A stretch of DNA of 64,000 bases. Source: Candidatus Peribacteria bacterium (lineage in GTDB: Bacteria; Patescibacteriota; Gracilibacteria; UBA1369; UBA12463). Where the stretch lies: positions 11,343-75,342 of the forward strand of contig CALREA010000003.1 in NCBI GenBank assembly GCA_943355055.1. The letters run 5' to 3'. Shown one piece after another: positions 49,605-58,811 of the stretch. The translations under genes and the position numbers were made by a program. Every line of letters begins with the position of its first letter. Position 1 is the stretch's first letter. Under the pieces are notes generated by a model, which was given only the letters and a program-made list of their open reading frames with translations, searched no databases and was not told the DNA's origin.

Positions 49605-50048
49605 TCATGTTTTCATCGTCATGAATTGTCTGTCGTTGTTCTTGAATCCAAGTTTTTCGTAGATACTTGCAGCCCGAGTATTGTGTTTTTCAACTTCGAG
49701 ATAAAGCATTTTTATCTTCAGTTTCTTACTTTTCCTTATGATGTATTTTAGCGTTTCTGTTCCGATGCCTTGATTTCGATATTTTGCATTTATGTAGACT
49801 TCGTCGATGTATGCGCATTGTCCTTTGTGCTCAAAACTGAAACAAAATGTTAGTATTATGTATCCAATTAATTTTTTATTGATTTCAACTACCCAGATAT
49901 TTCCAAGATGTGAGTTTTTTAAAAAAAACTTGAGGTTTTTTGTGGTAATTTTTTTATTGAATGGATAGTTGTCGAGTTTATTAAAATCCCTCATCATTTC
50001 GATAAGTTCCTCTGTATTTTTTTCTGAAAAAGCTTTGATTTTGATCAT
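49605..50048 (-). CDS. GNAT family N-acetyltransferase
   Basis: IDEVYI..KYRNQGIG, LEV..HN..A..IYEKLGF. Confidence 0.9.
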   Translation of the reverse strand: MIKIKAFSEKNTEELIEMMRDFNKLDNYPFNKKITTKNLKFFLKNSHLGNIWVVEINKKLIGYIILTFCFSFEHKGQCAYIDEVYINAKYRNQGIGTETLKYIIRKSKKLKIKMLYLEVEKHNTRAASIYEKLGFKNNDRQFMTMKT

Positions 50049-50080
50049 GTTGTTCCTCTGAGTAATATCGTATTCACTTA

Positions 50081-51271
50081 TTACACAAGTTTATAAAATC
50101 CCCTCTTTCCGATCTGCAAAATTGAATCTCCCGTAATATTGATGGTGCTCATGAAATCTTCGATTTTTTCGCCGTTGTATTTGACGGCGCCGCCTTGGAT
50201 GAGGCGGCGGGCTTCACCTTTGGAGGGGCAGGCTTTGAGCTCGATCATGATGTCAACGATGTTCATGTTGGTGTCAGAGAGTTTAACTTCCGGAATTTCA
50301 TCGGGAAGTTCTTTTTTGGAAAAAACTTGGATGAAGTGTTCTTCGGTTTCTGTTGCGGCTGCCGCGGAGTGATAGATTGTGACGATTTCGCGGGCGAGGC
50401 GCATTTTGAGGTTGCGCGGATTTTCGCCGGAGAGAAGTTGTTTGTTGATATCGTTTATCTCGTTGACAGAGAGATTCGTCGTGAGTTCGAAATAACGAAC
50501 GATCAAGTTGTCGGGAATTGACATGGTCTTGCCGTACATGTCCTTCGGATCTTCATTGATGCCGATGTAGTTGCCGGTGGTTTTACCCATTTTCTTCACG
50601 CCGTCGGTGCCTTCGAGAATAGGGACGGTGAGGACGCACTGGGGAGTTTGACCGTAAGAGCGTTGGATTTCGCGGCCGGCCAGGAGATTGAAAGTCTGGT
50701 CTGTACCGCCGAGCTCGACGTCAGCCTGAATGGCGACGGAGTCGTAACCCTGCATGAGTGGATACATGAATTCGTGAACGTATATTGGCGCCTTGGCCTT
50801 GAGGCGGTCTTGAAACATGTCGCGCTCCATCATCTGCTGTACGGTGAAGACGGAGGCGAGGCGAGTGACATCGGAGAATGTCAGCTTGCCGAGCCAGTCA
50901 GCGTTCCAGACGACTTCGATTTTTTCAGTGTCGAGAACTTTTGAGGCTTGAGCGAGATAATGTTTCGCATTTTCTTCGAGCTCGACTTGCGTCTTGAGAG
51001 GGCGTGCCTCGGCTTTGCCTGATGGATCTCCTATCTGTCCGGTGAAGTTACCAAAGAGGAGAACGGCGGTGTGGCCGGCATCCTGGAACTGTCGCATCTT
51101 GCGAAGTGGTACCATGTGTCCAAGGTGGAGATCTGCTCCTGTTGGATCGATTCCTAGCTTGACTCGTAATTTTTTGCCTGATTTGAGCTTTTCTTCCAGC
51201 TCTTTGCGGACGATAACGTCGGCGACTCCTTTGTCGAGGATGGCCGAGATAATTTCTTTTGTATCTTTCAT
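50081..51271 (-). CDS. tyrS: tyrosyl-tRNA synthetase
   Basis: GIDPTG.DLHLGH, YPLMQGYD, GGTDQ.FN, KMGKT, C-terminal S4 domain. Confidence 0.97.
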   Translation of the reverse strand: MKDTKEIISAILDKGVADVIVRKELEEKLKSGKKLRVKLGIDPTGADLHLGHMVPLRKMRQFQDAGHTAVLLFGNFTGQIGDPSGKAEARPLKTQVELEENAKHYLAQASKVLDTEKIEVVWNADWLGKLTFSDVTRLASVFTVQQMMERDMFQDRLKAKAPIYVHEFMYPLMQGYDSVAIQADVELGGTDQTFNLLAGREIQRSYGQTPQCVLTVPILEGTDGVKKMGKTTGNYIGINEDPKDMYGKTMSIPDNLIVRYFELTTNLSVNEINDINKQLLSGENPRNLKMRLAREIVTIYHSAAAATETEEHFIQVFSKKELPDEIPEVKLSDTNMNIVDIMIELKACPSKGEARRLIQGGAVKYNGEKIEDFMSTINITGDSILQIGKRGFYKLV

Positions 51272-51433
51272 GAGACTATTTTACTGGTGTTTCAAAGCTG
51301 TGGCAAGCAGAGTGGTCGTTGAGCTTGCGGGGTGTTGTCCATTCCTGATGACACTTATTTTGCTGTTTTGTGGCTTATTCATTGACGAAGGCGGCTTTTC
51401 AGGAGTATTACTGTTTTCCTTTTATTTTATAGT

Positions 51434-52216
51434 ATGATTGAACAATCGCTGGTTCACTTGGGTCTTCGAGATAAGGAAGTGCTGGTTTTTGTTACGTTAG
51501 CTCGGTTAGGTTCTCAGCCGGCGAGTATTATTGCCCAGCGATCTGAGCTGAATCGTGCGACAACCTATGCTATCTTAGAATCACTTATGCAACGTGGATT
51601 TGTTTCAAAAATAGTAAGCAATAATGTTCAGTCCTTTTCCGCCATTACCCCTCATAAAATTTTGGAGCTGATGAAGGTGAAAAAGTTCGAGATCGAGAGG
51701 CAGGAACGCCACTTGCATTCCGTTATGCCCTCACTGATGGGTATGATGACTCCGCACCCTACTGCTCCAAAAGTAACGTATTTCGAAGGTGAAGAAGGTG
51801 TAAAAAATGTCATGGAAGAAACATTGAAGTCTACGGAGACGTTACTTTGTTATTGTCCTTTAGAAAAATGGCTCGAAGGTCCTCTGGCCTATTATATTCG
51901 TGATTATGTCTATCGACGTACGCAGATTGTAAAAATTCCAAATAGGGTTTTGGAATCGGATACTATTCAGAGTCGTGCGTTTTTCTACATGGAATCTCCT
52001 CCTGAATTTACCGAGCATCGATTTATTCCTCAAAATGTAGTATTTAGTCATAGTGAAGTGAATATTTTTGATAATAAAGTAGCTATGGTTTCTCTGCTTC
52101 CCGGTCATATGTTTGGGGTCATTATCGAATCTCAGGAAATTGCTGACACTCAGAAGGTAATTTTTGAGCTTGCATGGATGGCTGCTGAGAATTCTTCTCG
52201 AAAGAAGGCTATGTAA
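51434..52216 (+). CDS. TrmB-family transcriptional regulator
   Basis: LGL..KE..V...L, R.TTY.IL..L..RG HTH; YFEG.EGVK; IFDNKV, IIES..IA. Confidence 0.88.
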   Translation: MIEQSLVHLGLRDKEVLVFVTLARLGSQPASIIAQRSELNRATTYAILESLMQRGFVSKIVSNNVQSFSAITPHKILELMKVKKFEIERQERHLHSVMPSLMGMMTPHPTAPKVTYFEGEEGVKNVMEETLKSTETLLCYCPLEKWLEGPLAYYIRDYVYRRTQIVKIPNRVLESDTIQSRAFFYMESPPEFTEHRFIPQNVVFSHSEVNIFDNKVAMVSLLPGHMFGVIIESQEIADTQKVIFELAWMAAENSSRKKAM

Positions 52217-52246
52217 TGGGTAATTTATGTGATATAGTTGCCCTAT

Positions 52247-52981
52247 ATGTCACATACACCTGTAGAAATTTTGTTTGAAAATGATGATGTTGTCTTGGTA
52301 CATAAACCTTATGGAATCGTCGTTCATCCTGGAAATGGAGTAGGAATGGAGGGTACTTTGGCTGGAGATATGCTTAAACTCTATCCGGATTTGCCCCTTA
52401 CCAATGGTGAAGAAAGACCAGGGGTGGTTCATCGTTTAGACAAGGATACTTCAGGAGTCCTCATGTTTGCCAAGACGGAAGAGGCTTTGAATTTCTATAT
52501 AGAGCAGTGGAAGAAAAAGAAGGTTGATAAGACATATTATGCTTTGGTTAGTGGGATATTGGAGCCGAGATCGGGTACGATCGAGGCGCCGGTGCATCGC
52601 GATCGAAACAACCGTAAGCGAATGGCTTCCGATATGAGTGTTGGAAAAATGGCCATCACTCACTATGAGGTGGTTGAGTATTTCCCCGGACGACGATTTG
52701 GAACATCCCTTTTGAGAATTAATATTGAGACGGGCAGAACGCATCAGATTCGCGTACATATGGCAGCCATTGGTCATCCGGTCGTTGGAGACACGGTTTA
52801 TGGTAGAAGACAGATCAACGGCTTTTTCGCGAAAGAACGTGGTTTGGACCGACAGTTTCTTCATGCTACTGCCCTGAAATTTCCTCTTATGAAGGCTCGC
52901 AAGAGACACGAGGTAGAATCTAAAATACCTCCTGAGTTGCAGAAGGTATTGGATGTTTTGAGAGATAAGAAGACGGATTAA
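52247..52981 (+). CDS. RluA/RluD-family pseudouridine synthase (no S4 domain)
   Basis: KP.G.VVHPG, VHRLDKDTSG, TGRTHQIRVH, GD..YG, QFLHA. Confidence 0.93.
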   Translation: MSHTPVEILFENDDVVLVHKPYGIVVHPGNGVGMEGTLAGDMLKLYPDLPLTNGEERPGVVHRLDKDTSGVLMFAKTEEALNFYIEQWKKKKVDKTYYALVSGILEPRSGTIEAPVHRDRNNRKRMASDMSVGKMAITHYEVVEYFPGRRFGTSLLRINIETGRTHQIRVHMAAIGHPVVGDTVYGRRQINGFFAKERGLDRQFLHATALKFPLMKARKRHEVESKIPPELQKVLDVLRDKKTD

Positions 52982-52988
52982 TTCGAGC

Positions 52989-53300
52989 TTATGCCGTAAT
53001 GCTAAGAACCTCGATCGTGGTTAGGTTCTGTCTGTGTCCTTTGTTACGTGTATAACGCTTCTTGGCGTTCTTCTTGAATACGCGTACTTTGTCGTCCTTG
53101 AATTGTTCGAGAACTTTACACTCAACGACAGGTCCCATAACGTATGGTTCACCGATTTTGACATCAGCGCCATCAGCTAAAAGCATTACCGTCTTGAATG
53201 ATACATTTGTTCCTTCCTCGGCATCGAGCTTCTGGACATCGAACTTTGATCCCTTCTCTACTTTGAATTGCTGACCTGCGATTTCTACAACTGCAAACAT
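52989..53300 (-). CDS. rplU: 50S ribosomal protein L21
   Basis: MFAVVEIAGQQFKV, IG.PYV, GHRQ..T. Confidence 0.95.
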   Translation of the reverse strand: MFAVVEIAGQQFKVEKGSKFDVQKLDAEEGTNVSFKTVMLLADGADVKIGEPYVMGPVVECKVLEQFKDDKVRVFKKNAKKRYTRNKGHRQNLTTIEVLSITA

Positions 53301-53367
53301 AATAATGTGTGTTAAAGCGCGTGGATATTACGTGATAATTTGCTTGAGCGCAAGTGTTTTTTCGAGT

Positions 53368-53949
53368 CTAATTGTACTTGTTCATAGCTGAATCCATTCC
53401 ATCTTTCAAAGCTAGGGTGATGGCTTTTGCTCCGTTTTGGATGCCGATATCTATGAAGGGCTTTTCTTTGGTTGTGAATTTGCGAAGCACGAAGTCGCTG
53501 GTGTTCATCTGCTCAGGAACGCCGAACTCCTCTCCCCTGCTCTCAATACCGATACGGAGGCGCGGGAAGGTTTTTGAGGGGTAGAGTTCTTGAATAGATT
53601 TCATGCCGTTATGCGTACCTGCAGAGCCGTCTTTGCGAAGTCTGATCTTTCCGAGAGGAAGGTCGAGGTCATCGTAGCAAATCCAGAGATTTTCGGGTTC
53701 GATTTTGTAATAATTGGCGACTTGAACAACCGCCTCTCCGGAGAGATTCATGAAAGTGGTTGGCTTAGCGAGAATAACTTTTTTTGAATTAAACTCTCCT
53801 TTTGAGATAAATGCCTTGAGAGATTTTTCTTCTTTCCAATCAGAAGTGCCCCAGTTTTTCTGGAGTTCTTCTACGAGTGCGAAGCCCGCGTTGTGACGTG
53901 AGCCTTCATATTCTTTGCCGACATTGCCGAGTCCGACAATGACAATCAT
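53368..53949 (-). CDS. pth: peptidyl-tRNA hydrolase
   Basis: VGLGN.G, RHNAGF, KP.TFMNLSG, DDLD, GTHNG, RLRIGI; start reassigned to ATG 53949. Confidence 0.95.
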   Translation of the reverse strand: MIVIVGLGNVGKEYEGSRHNAGFALVEELQKNWGTSDWKEEKSLKAFISKGEFNSKKVILAKPTTFMNLSGEAVVQVANYYKIEPENLWICYDDLDLPLGKIRLRKDGSAGTHNGMKSIQELYPSKTFPRLRIGIESRGEEFGVPEQMNTSDFVLRKFTTKEKPFIDIGIQNGAKAITLALKDGMDSAMNKYN

Positions 53950-53963
53950 TGATTGGCTTGTGC

Positions 53964-55313
53964 CTACTTTTTGATTTTTTTCCATGTGGTTGCCTTGATA
54001 AATGGAATCTCTTTTTCTGCGATAACAACGATATCGTTTTCCGCAGCACCTTCCTTGGTAAGTGCCTGCTGGATGCCCATTTTCTTGAGATAGTGACGGA
54101 TACGTGTCATGCCATGCGGCGTGTTGATATCGGTCATATTTACAAGCTGCTCGATGCGTTTTCCTACCACGTCGTAGTACTTCTGCCTGTTGAGTTTTTT
54201 TACGTACTTGATGGTGAAGTTTTTCGTATTCTCCAGGTGTGGACGGAAGATTTTGTGAGCGGCCTGCGGTTCGATCTTCTTTTCTTTTTCTGCTTCCAAT
54301 TTCTTTTCTTCTAATTTGAGCACTCTCCAAACTTCTTTCATAAGTTCGTCGGTACCGTCGTTGATTTCTGCGGAGATGAAGAATACATTTTTTACTTTCA
54401 ATTTTTTCTGGATTTCCTTGAGGAAGTCTTCTTGGTCTTCTGGTGGGATCAGGTCACGCTTGTTTACGGCGATGATTTGGGGTTTCTTTGCGAGGTTTTT
54501 GTCGAACTTTTTGAGCTCGTTGTTGATGACTTTGTACGATGTTGGAATATCTGTGTCACTCGCGTCGATCACGTGGATCAGGATCTTCGTGCGCTGAACG
54601 TGTTTGAGAAACTCATGGCCGAGGCCTTTTCCCTCGTGGGCACCCTCGATAAGTCCCGGAATATCAGCCAAAACGAAGGAAGCATCTTTTTCTTTTAAGA
54701 GTCTTTCTAGCGAGACAACGCCGAGGTTTGGGCTGAGGGTTGTGAAGTGGTAAGCGGCGATTTTTGGCTTTGCGTTCGATACACGGGCGATGAGCGTGGA
54801 TTTTCCAGCGGATGGGAGTCCTATAATTCCGATATCCGCAATTAGCTTGAGTTCAACTATTACCTCTATTTCCTCTCCGTTCTCTCCAATTTCTGCGAGT
54901 TTTGGGGCTTGGAAGCGGCTACTGACGAAGTGTTTGTTTCCATAACCGCCACGACCACCCTTGGCTACAAGATAGGTATCGCCTTCGTTTACCAAATCGG
55001 CTAGAATCTGTTTCTTGTCCTCGGTGAGAATTTGTGTTCCTGTGGGAACGTCTATATACAGTGTTTCTCCATCGGCTCCATGTCGGTCAACATCTCCTCC
55101 ATTTCCTCCATTTTCAGCTTTGAATTTCTTGATATGACCCAGGTTCGAGAGTGTTCTCATGTTTTCACGTGCACGGAATATAACGTTTCCACCTCTTCCG
55201 CCATCGCCACCGTCCGGACCACCTCGTGGTACAAATTTCTCTCGTCGAAAGCTGACGAGTCCTCCTCCTCCTTTTCCTCCTATGCATCGTAATTGTACTT
55301 CATCGCAAATCAT
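53964..55313 (-). CDS. obgE: GTPase ObgE/CgtA with C-terminal DUF1967-type domain
   Basis: SFRREKFVPRGGPDGGDGG, GLPSAGKST, YHFTT, DIPG, NKRD. Confidence 0.96.
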   Translation of the reverse strand: MICDEVQLRCIGGKGGGGLVSFRREKFVPRGGPDGGDGGRGGNVIFRARENMRTLSNLGHIKKFKAENGGNGGDVDRHGADGETLYIDVPTGTQILTEDKKQILADLVNEGDTYLVAKGGRGGYGNKHFVSSRFQAPKLAEIGENGEEIEVIVELKLIADIGIIGLPSAGKSTLIARVSNAKPKIAAYHFTTLSPNLGVVSLERLLKEKDASFVLADIPGLIEGAHEGKGLGHEFLKHVQRTKILIHVIDASDTDIPTSYKVINNELKKFDKNLAKKPQIIAVNKRDLIPPEDQEDFLKEIQKKLKVKNVFFISAEINDGTDELMKEVWRVLKLEEKKLEAEKEKKIEPQAAHKIFRPHLENTKNFTIKYVKKLNRQKYYDVVGKRIEQLVNMTDINTPHGMTRIRHYLKKMGIQQALTKEGAAENDIVVIAEKEIPFIKATTWKKIKK

Positions 55314-55444
55314 ATCGTTTGGGGTTTCTTGTTTGATCAATAAGCCGGCCTATTGTAACGCAATTTTTACCCTTTGGGAAGCCCCGTTTTGGATTGTTTT
55401 GTTTTTTCTTCCGTTCTTGGATATACTTCCCTAGCTTCAGGCGT

Positions 55445-55530
55445 GCCGGAGTGGCGGAATGGCAGACGCGCTCGACTCAAAATCGAGTACTCGCAAGGGT
55501 GTGTGGGTTCAAGTCCCACCCCCGGCACCA
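55445..55530 (+). tRNA. tRNA-Leu(CAA)
   Basis: CTCGA-CTCAAAA-TCGAG anticodon arm, long variable arm, GGTTCAAGTCC, CCA; one A-C mismatch in acceptor stem. Confidence 0.93.
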
Positions 55531-55538
55531 ATGAAAAT

Positions 55539-57830
55539 TTAAAGGGTCTGTTTGAGTACCATCGCGGACTTCTTTCCTACTACACGGGCGAGTTCGTCCA
55601 TGGTGGCGTTTTTGATGGCGTGGAGCCCGCCGAAGTGGTTGAGGAGTTTTTTCCTGGAGAGTTCGCCGATGCCTGGGAGGTCGTCGAGTTCGGAGGAGAT
55701 GAGTGTTTTGTTGTGGGCGAGGTTGGAGTAAGAGACGGCGAAACGATGGGACTCGTCGCGGATGCGTTGCATAAGGTGGAGGGCGTGTGAGTCTTTTGGA
55801 AGTTGAATCGACTGTGATTCGTGGGGCATGAAGATCTCTTCTTCTTGTTTGGCGAGTGAGCAGATTGGAATTTGCAGATCCATGTTTTTGAGTACCTCTA
55901 TGCCGATATTGAGCTGACCCTTGCCTCCGTCGAGGACGATGAGGTCGGGTTTTACGGAGAATTTTTTGTGTTGTTCGATGAGCTTGCCCGTCTCGATCAT
56001 GAGAAGAGTGGTGTGCGGAATTTTGATGAATCCTTCTTGTTCGTGTGGATTTTTTAATTCGTTAAATCCAAATTCTTCGTAGGAGCTGATGAGATCATCT
56101 GTGGCCTGTATGTACCATTTTTTAATAGTCTTATTTTTCTCAATGAAACGGTAGAGTAGCTGATGAGATAGCTGTTTGTGGTCGTATTTGTCGTCGATCC
56201 AGAGTTGTGTAATTTCTGCAGAAATTGATGAGTAGTCTTTTTTCTCGATGAAGCCCGCGAGCGATTTTTCTTTTATGAAGATGGTGTAATTTTCGAGATT
56301 GAGAGGTTCCTGCTTCTTATTTTTTGCCGGTTTATTCTGTATTTTTTGAATGGCCTCGGTGTACTTCTTTGTGGCTTTGGCTAGGGTAAATGTCGACTTT
56401 GATAAATATTTGAGACGACGGGAGAGTACCTCGCGCATGGATGCGTAGTCGTCGGGTTTGCCGTGTGGGATCGTCGTGAGTTTGAATCGTCGATACTCAG
56501 AGTTTGCTGGTGCGCCACTCTGCATGACGACCATGGATGCGACGGTCGAGGTGCCGCCAAAATGGGAGATGTCATAGCACTCGATGCGTTTTGGTGGTTT
56601 TGGAAGGTTAAGCACTTTTGCGAGACTCTCAAGTGATTCACGTGGTACAACCTCTTCCTTGAGCCATTTTGCCTTCTGTTGGTGTGCGTAACTTTTGGCG
56701 TTGGCGAGTGAGAGTTCGAGGAGTCTATTTTTTTCGCCCATTTGTGGCCAGTGGATGTTTACCTTCTTCCCCCGCTTTTCCGTAAGCCATTTTTCCAATA
56801 GCGGGATGGATTCGATATTTTCTGGAATAAGAATTTCTTCGGGAATGTTGGAACTTGTGATGTAGTAATCGCGGAGTATGGCCTCGGTAATTTCGCTTGT
56901 GGATGGTACTTCTTCCTTGTCGTGGTTTCCGGTGAATATGAAGTTTTCCTGGCCCATGATACGACCCTCGCGGATCTGAAAGAGGTTGGTGTAGATTTTG
57001 TTGTTGTCGATGACGAAGTGGAAGACGTCACAATCTTTTCTATTGGCATCGCTGATTCGTTGCTTCTCGAACATTTCTTCGATGAGTTTGATTTTGTCGC
57101 GAGTTTTTGCGGCTTTTTCGAATTTTTTGTTGGCGGCATGCGTCATCATTTCATCCTGAAGTTGCTTGATGAGTTCGTCCGGTTTTCCTTTGAGGAAGTT
57201 AATAACTTTTTCAATAATGCTTCCGTACTCTTGCGGATTTACTTTGCCAATGCATGGGGCAGCGCAGCGTTTGATGTAGTGATAAAGACAGGGGTATTTA
57301 ATGACTTTGTTTGTTACTTCTACTTCGTTTTCGTTGTTATTGAAGCCCTTGTAGGCGATGTGCAGGCCGCAATGACGGAATGGAAGAACTTTGCGTAGAA
57401 TATCGAGTGTTTGTTTGACTTTGTGGCCTGCCGTTTTTGGACCGAAATAAAGTGCTTTATCTTTTTCTTTTCTTCGCGTAATTGTCACGCGGGGGAAATC
57501 TTCGGATGTGTCGACTCGTATATATACGAAATTTTTGTCGTCTTTCATCAAGACGTTGTATTTTGGGCGAAACTGTTTAATCCAGCTCGTTTCGAGTATA
57601 AACGCTTCGAGATCGGTACCAACCTCTATATACTCAATGTCGTCGATGAGGCTGACCATATACTCTTTCCTATCGCCTAGGTCGGTCGCTTTTTGAAAGT
57701 AACTTCGTACTCGATTGCGGAGATTGATCGCTTTTCCAATATAAATAATTTTTCCTTCAACGTCTTTCATCTTGTACACGCCGGGAGTGGCGGGAAGTTT
57801 GGCGAGGGTGTTTTCGAGTTTTTGATTCAT
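55539..57830 (-). CDS. uvrC: excinuclease ABC subunit C with internal GNAT-like insertion
   Basis: GIY-YIG (PGVY, YIGKA, R.RV.SYF), IECYDISH, DDYASM, DGGKGQ, RDESHRFA, HhH. Confidence 0.95.
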   Translation of the reverse strand: MNQKLENTLAKLPATPGVYKMKDVEGKIIYIGKAINLRNRVRSYFQKATDLGDRKEYMVSLIDDIEYIEVGTDLEAFILETSWIKQFRPKYNVLMKDDKNFVYIRVDTSEDFPRVTITRRKEKDKALYFGPKTAGHKVKQTLDILRKVLPFRHCGLHIAYKGFNNNENEVEVTNKVIKYPCLYHYIKRCAAPCIGKVNPQEYGSIIEKVINFLKGKPDELIKQLQDEMMTHAANKKFEKAAKTRDKIKLIEEMFEKQRISDANRKDCDVFHFVIDNNKIYTNLFQIREGRIMGQENFIFTGNHDKEEVPSTSEITEAILRDYYITSSNIPEEILIPENIESIPLLEKWLTEKRGKKVNIHWPQMGEKNRLLELSLANAKSYAHQQKAKWLKEEVVPRESLESLAKVLNLPKPPKRIECYDISHFGGTSTVASMVVMQSGAPANSEYRRFKLTTIPHGKPDDYASMREVLSRRLKYLSKSTFTLAKATKKYTEAIQKIQNKPAKNKKQEPLNLENYTIFIKEKSLAGFIEKKDYSSISAEITQLWIDDKYDHKQLSHQLLYRFIEKNKTIKKWYIQATDDLISSYEEFGFNELKNPHEQEGFIKIPHTTLLMIETGKLIEQHKKFSVKPDLIVLDGGKGQLNIGIEVLKNMDLQIPICSLAKQEEEIFMPHESQSIQLPKDSHALHLMQRIRDESHRFAVSYSNLAHNKTLISSELDDLPGIGELSRKKLLNHFGGLHAIKNATMDELARVVGKKSAMVLKQTL

Positions 57831-57911
57831 GGGGTGGTTGAGTATTGCCTCTGCAATCTAGTCTTTCGGCTTGAGATTGTAGCATGGACGGAATTTCATT
57901 AGAATAGATTT

Positions 57912-58805
57912 ATGGAGTCATTTCTTTCTACCGTGGCAGCTAATGGGCTTGAAAATGCTATCTACAAGACGGTTGCGTTCTTTGATGTGCTGGATTACTG
58001 CCTCACGGCTGAGGAAATTAGTGATAGATTGATAGGTTTTCAGGCGAATTTTGAAGAGATTTCGTTGGGTTTGGCGATGTGTTCAACAATTGATACAGAT
58101 GGGGTTTATTATTTTTTGAAGGGAAGGGACGAGCTAGTAAAAATGAGAACCGATAGTCAAATGCATCACAATGGGATTTGGAAGAAGGTTGAGCGCTTGA
58201 AGTGGATTTTCTCTTTTACTCCTTTTTTGAAGGGTGTTTATGTTTGCAATACTCTTGCGATGACACAGGCGCGACCCGGAAGTGATATTGATGTACTTAT
58301 CGTAACCACACGAAATAGATTATTTATTGTGCGTACGTGGCTGCTAATACTGACGCAGATTTTGGGTATAAGGAGGCACGGTGCGAAGATTGAGGGTAGA
58401 TTATGTCTGAGTTTTTTTGTGGATGAGGATCATGTGAATTTTTCTCAATTATTATTGAAACCCTATGATGTATATTTTGCGTATTGGTTGTTGTCATTGA
58501 AACTTGTCGGGAAATCCCCTTCTCTTATAGACTCGAATGAGTGGATGAAGGGATATTTTTCTGAGGAGGTATTAGCTCGCGGCGAGAGTGTGCGCGATGT
58601 TGTTTCGAATCATTCTTTTTTGGTGAAGTTTTGGAATAAAGTTGAATTACTGCTTTTGAATTGGCAGCTCGGACGGGCGTGTGCGAAATTTGTGGCTATG
58701 GGTAGACCTCAGGGTGTGGTATTAGAAAAGCACTGTCTGAAGTTTCATGATCAGGATATGCGGGAAATTTATCGTAAAGAGTGGGAGGAAAGAACGACGT
58801 CCTAG
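57912..58805 (+). CDS. predicted Pol-beta-like nucleotidyltransferase-fold protein
   Basis: GSDIDVLIV, CLSFFV; N-terminal helical/wHTH-like region. Confidence 0.6.
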   Translation: MESFLSTVAANGLENAIYKTVAFFDVLDYCLTAEEISDRLIGFQANFEEISLGLAMCSTIDTDGVYYFLKGRDELVKMRTDSQMHHNGIWKKVERLKWIFSFTPFLKGVYVCNTLAMTQARPGSDIDVLIVTTRNRLFIVRTWLLILTQILGIRRHGAKIEGRLCLSFFVDEDHVNFSQLLLKPYDVYFAYWLLSLKLVGKSPSLIDSNEWMKGYFSEEVLARGESVRDVVSNHSFLVKFWNKVELLLLNWQLGRACAKFVAMGRPQGVVLEKHCLKFHDQDMREIYRKEWEERTTS

Positions 58806-58811
58806 GAAGTC

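Noticed and set aside
51272..51433. T-box riboswitch upstream of tyrS
   Set aside because: No T-box consensus or terminator; the promoter abuts the start codon.
53368..54330. 320-aa ORF suggesting an N-terminally extended Pth or obg-pth frameshift fusion
   Set aside because: The extension is an alternate frame of obgE; canonical Pth starts at ATG 53949.
55445..55530. A-C mismatch in tRNA-Leu(CAA) acceptor stem as pseudogene or integration scar
   Set aside because: All other tRNA features are intact, and no duplicated 3' end or integrase is nearby.
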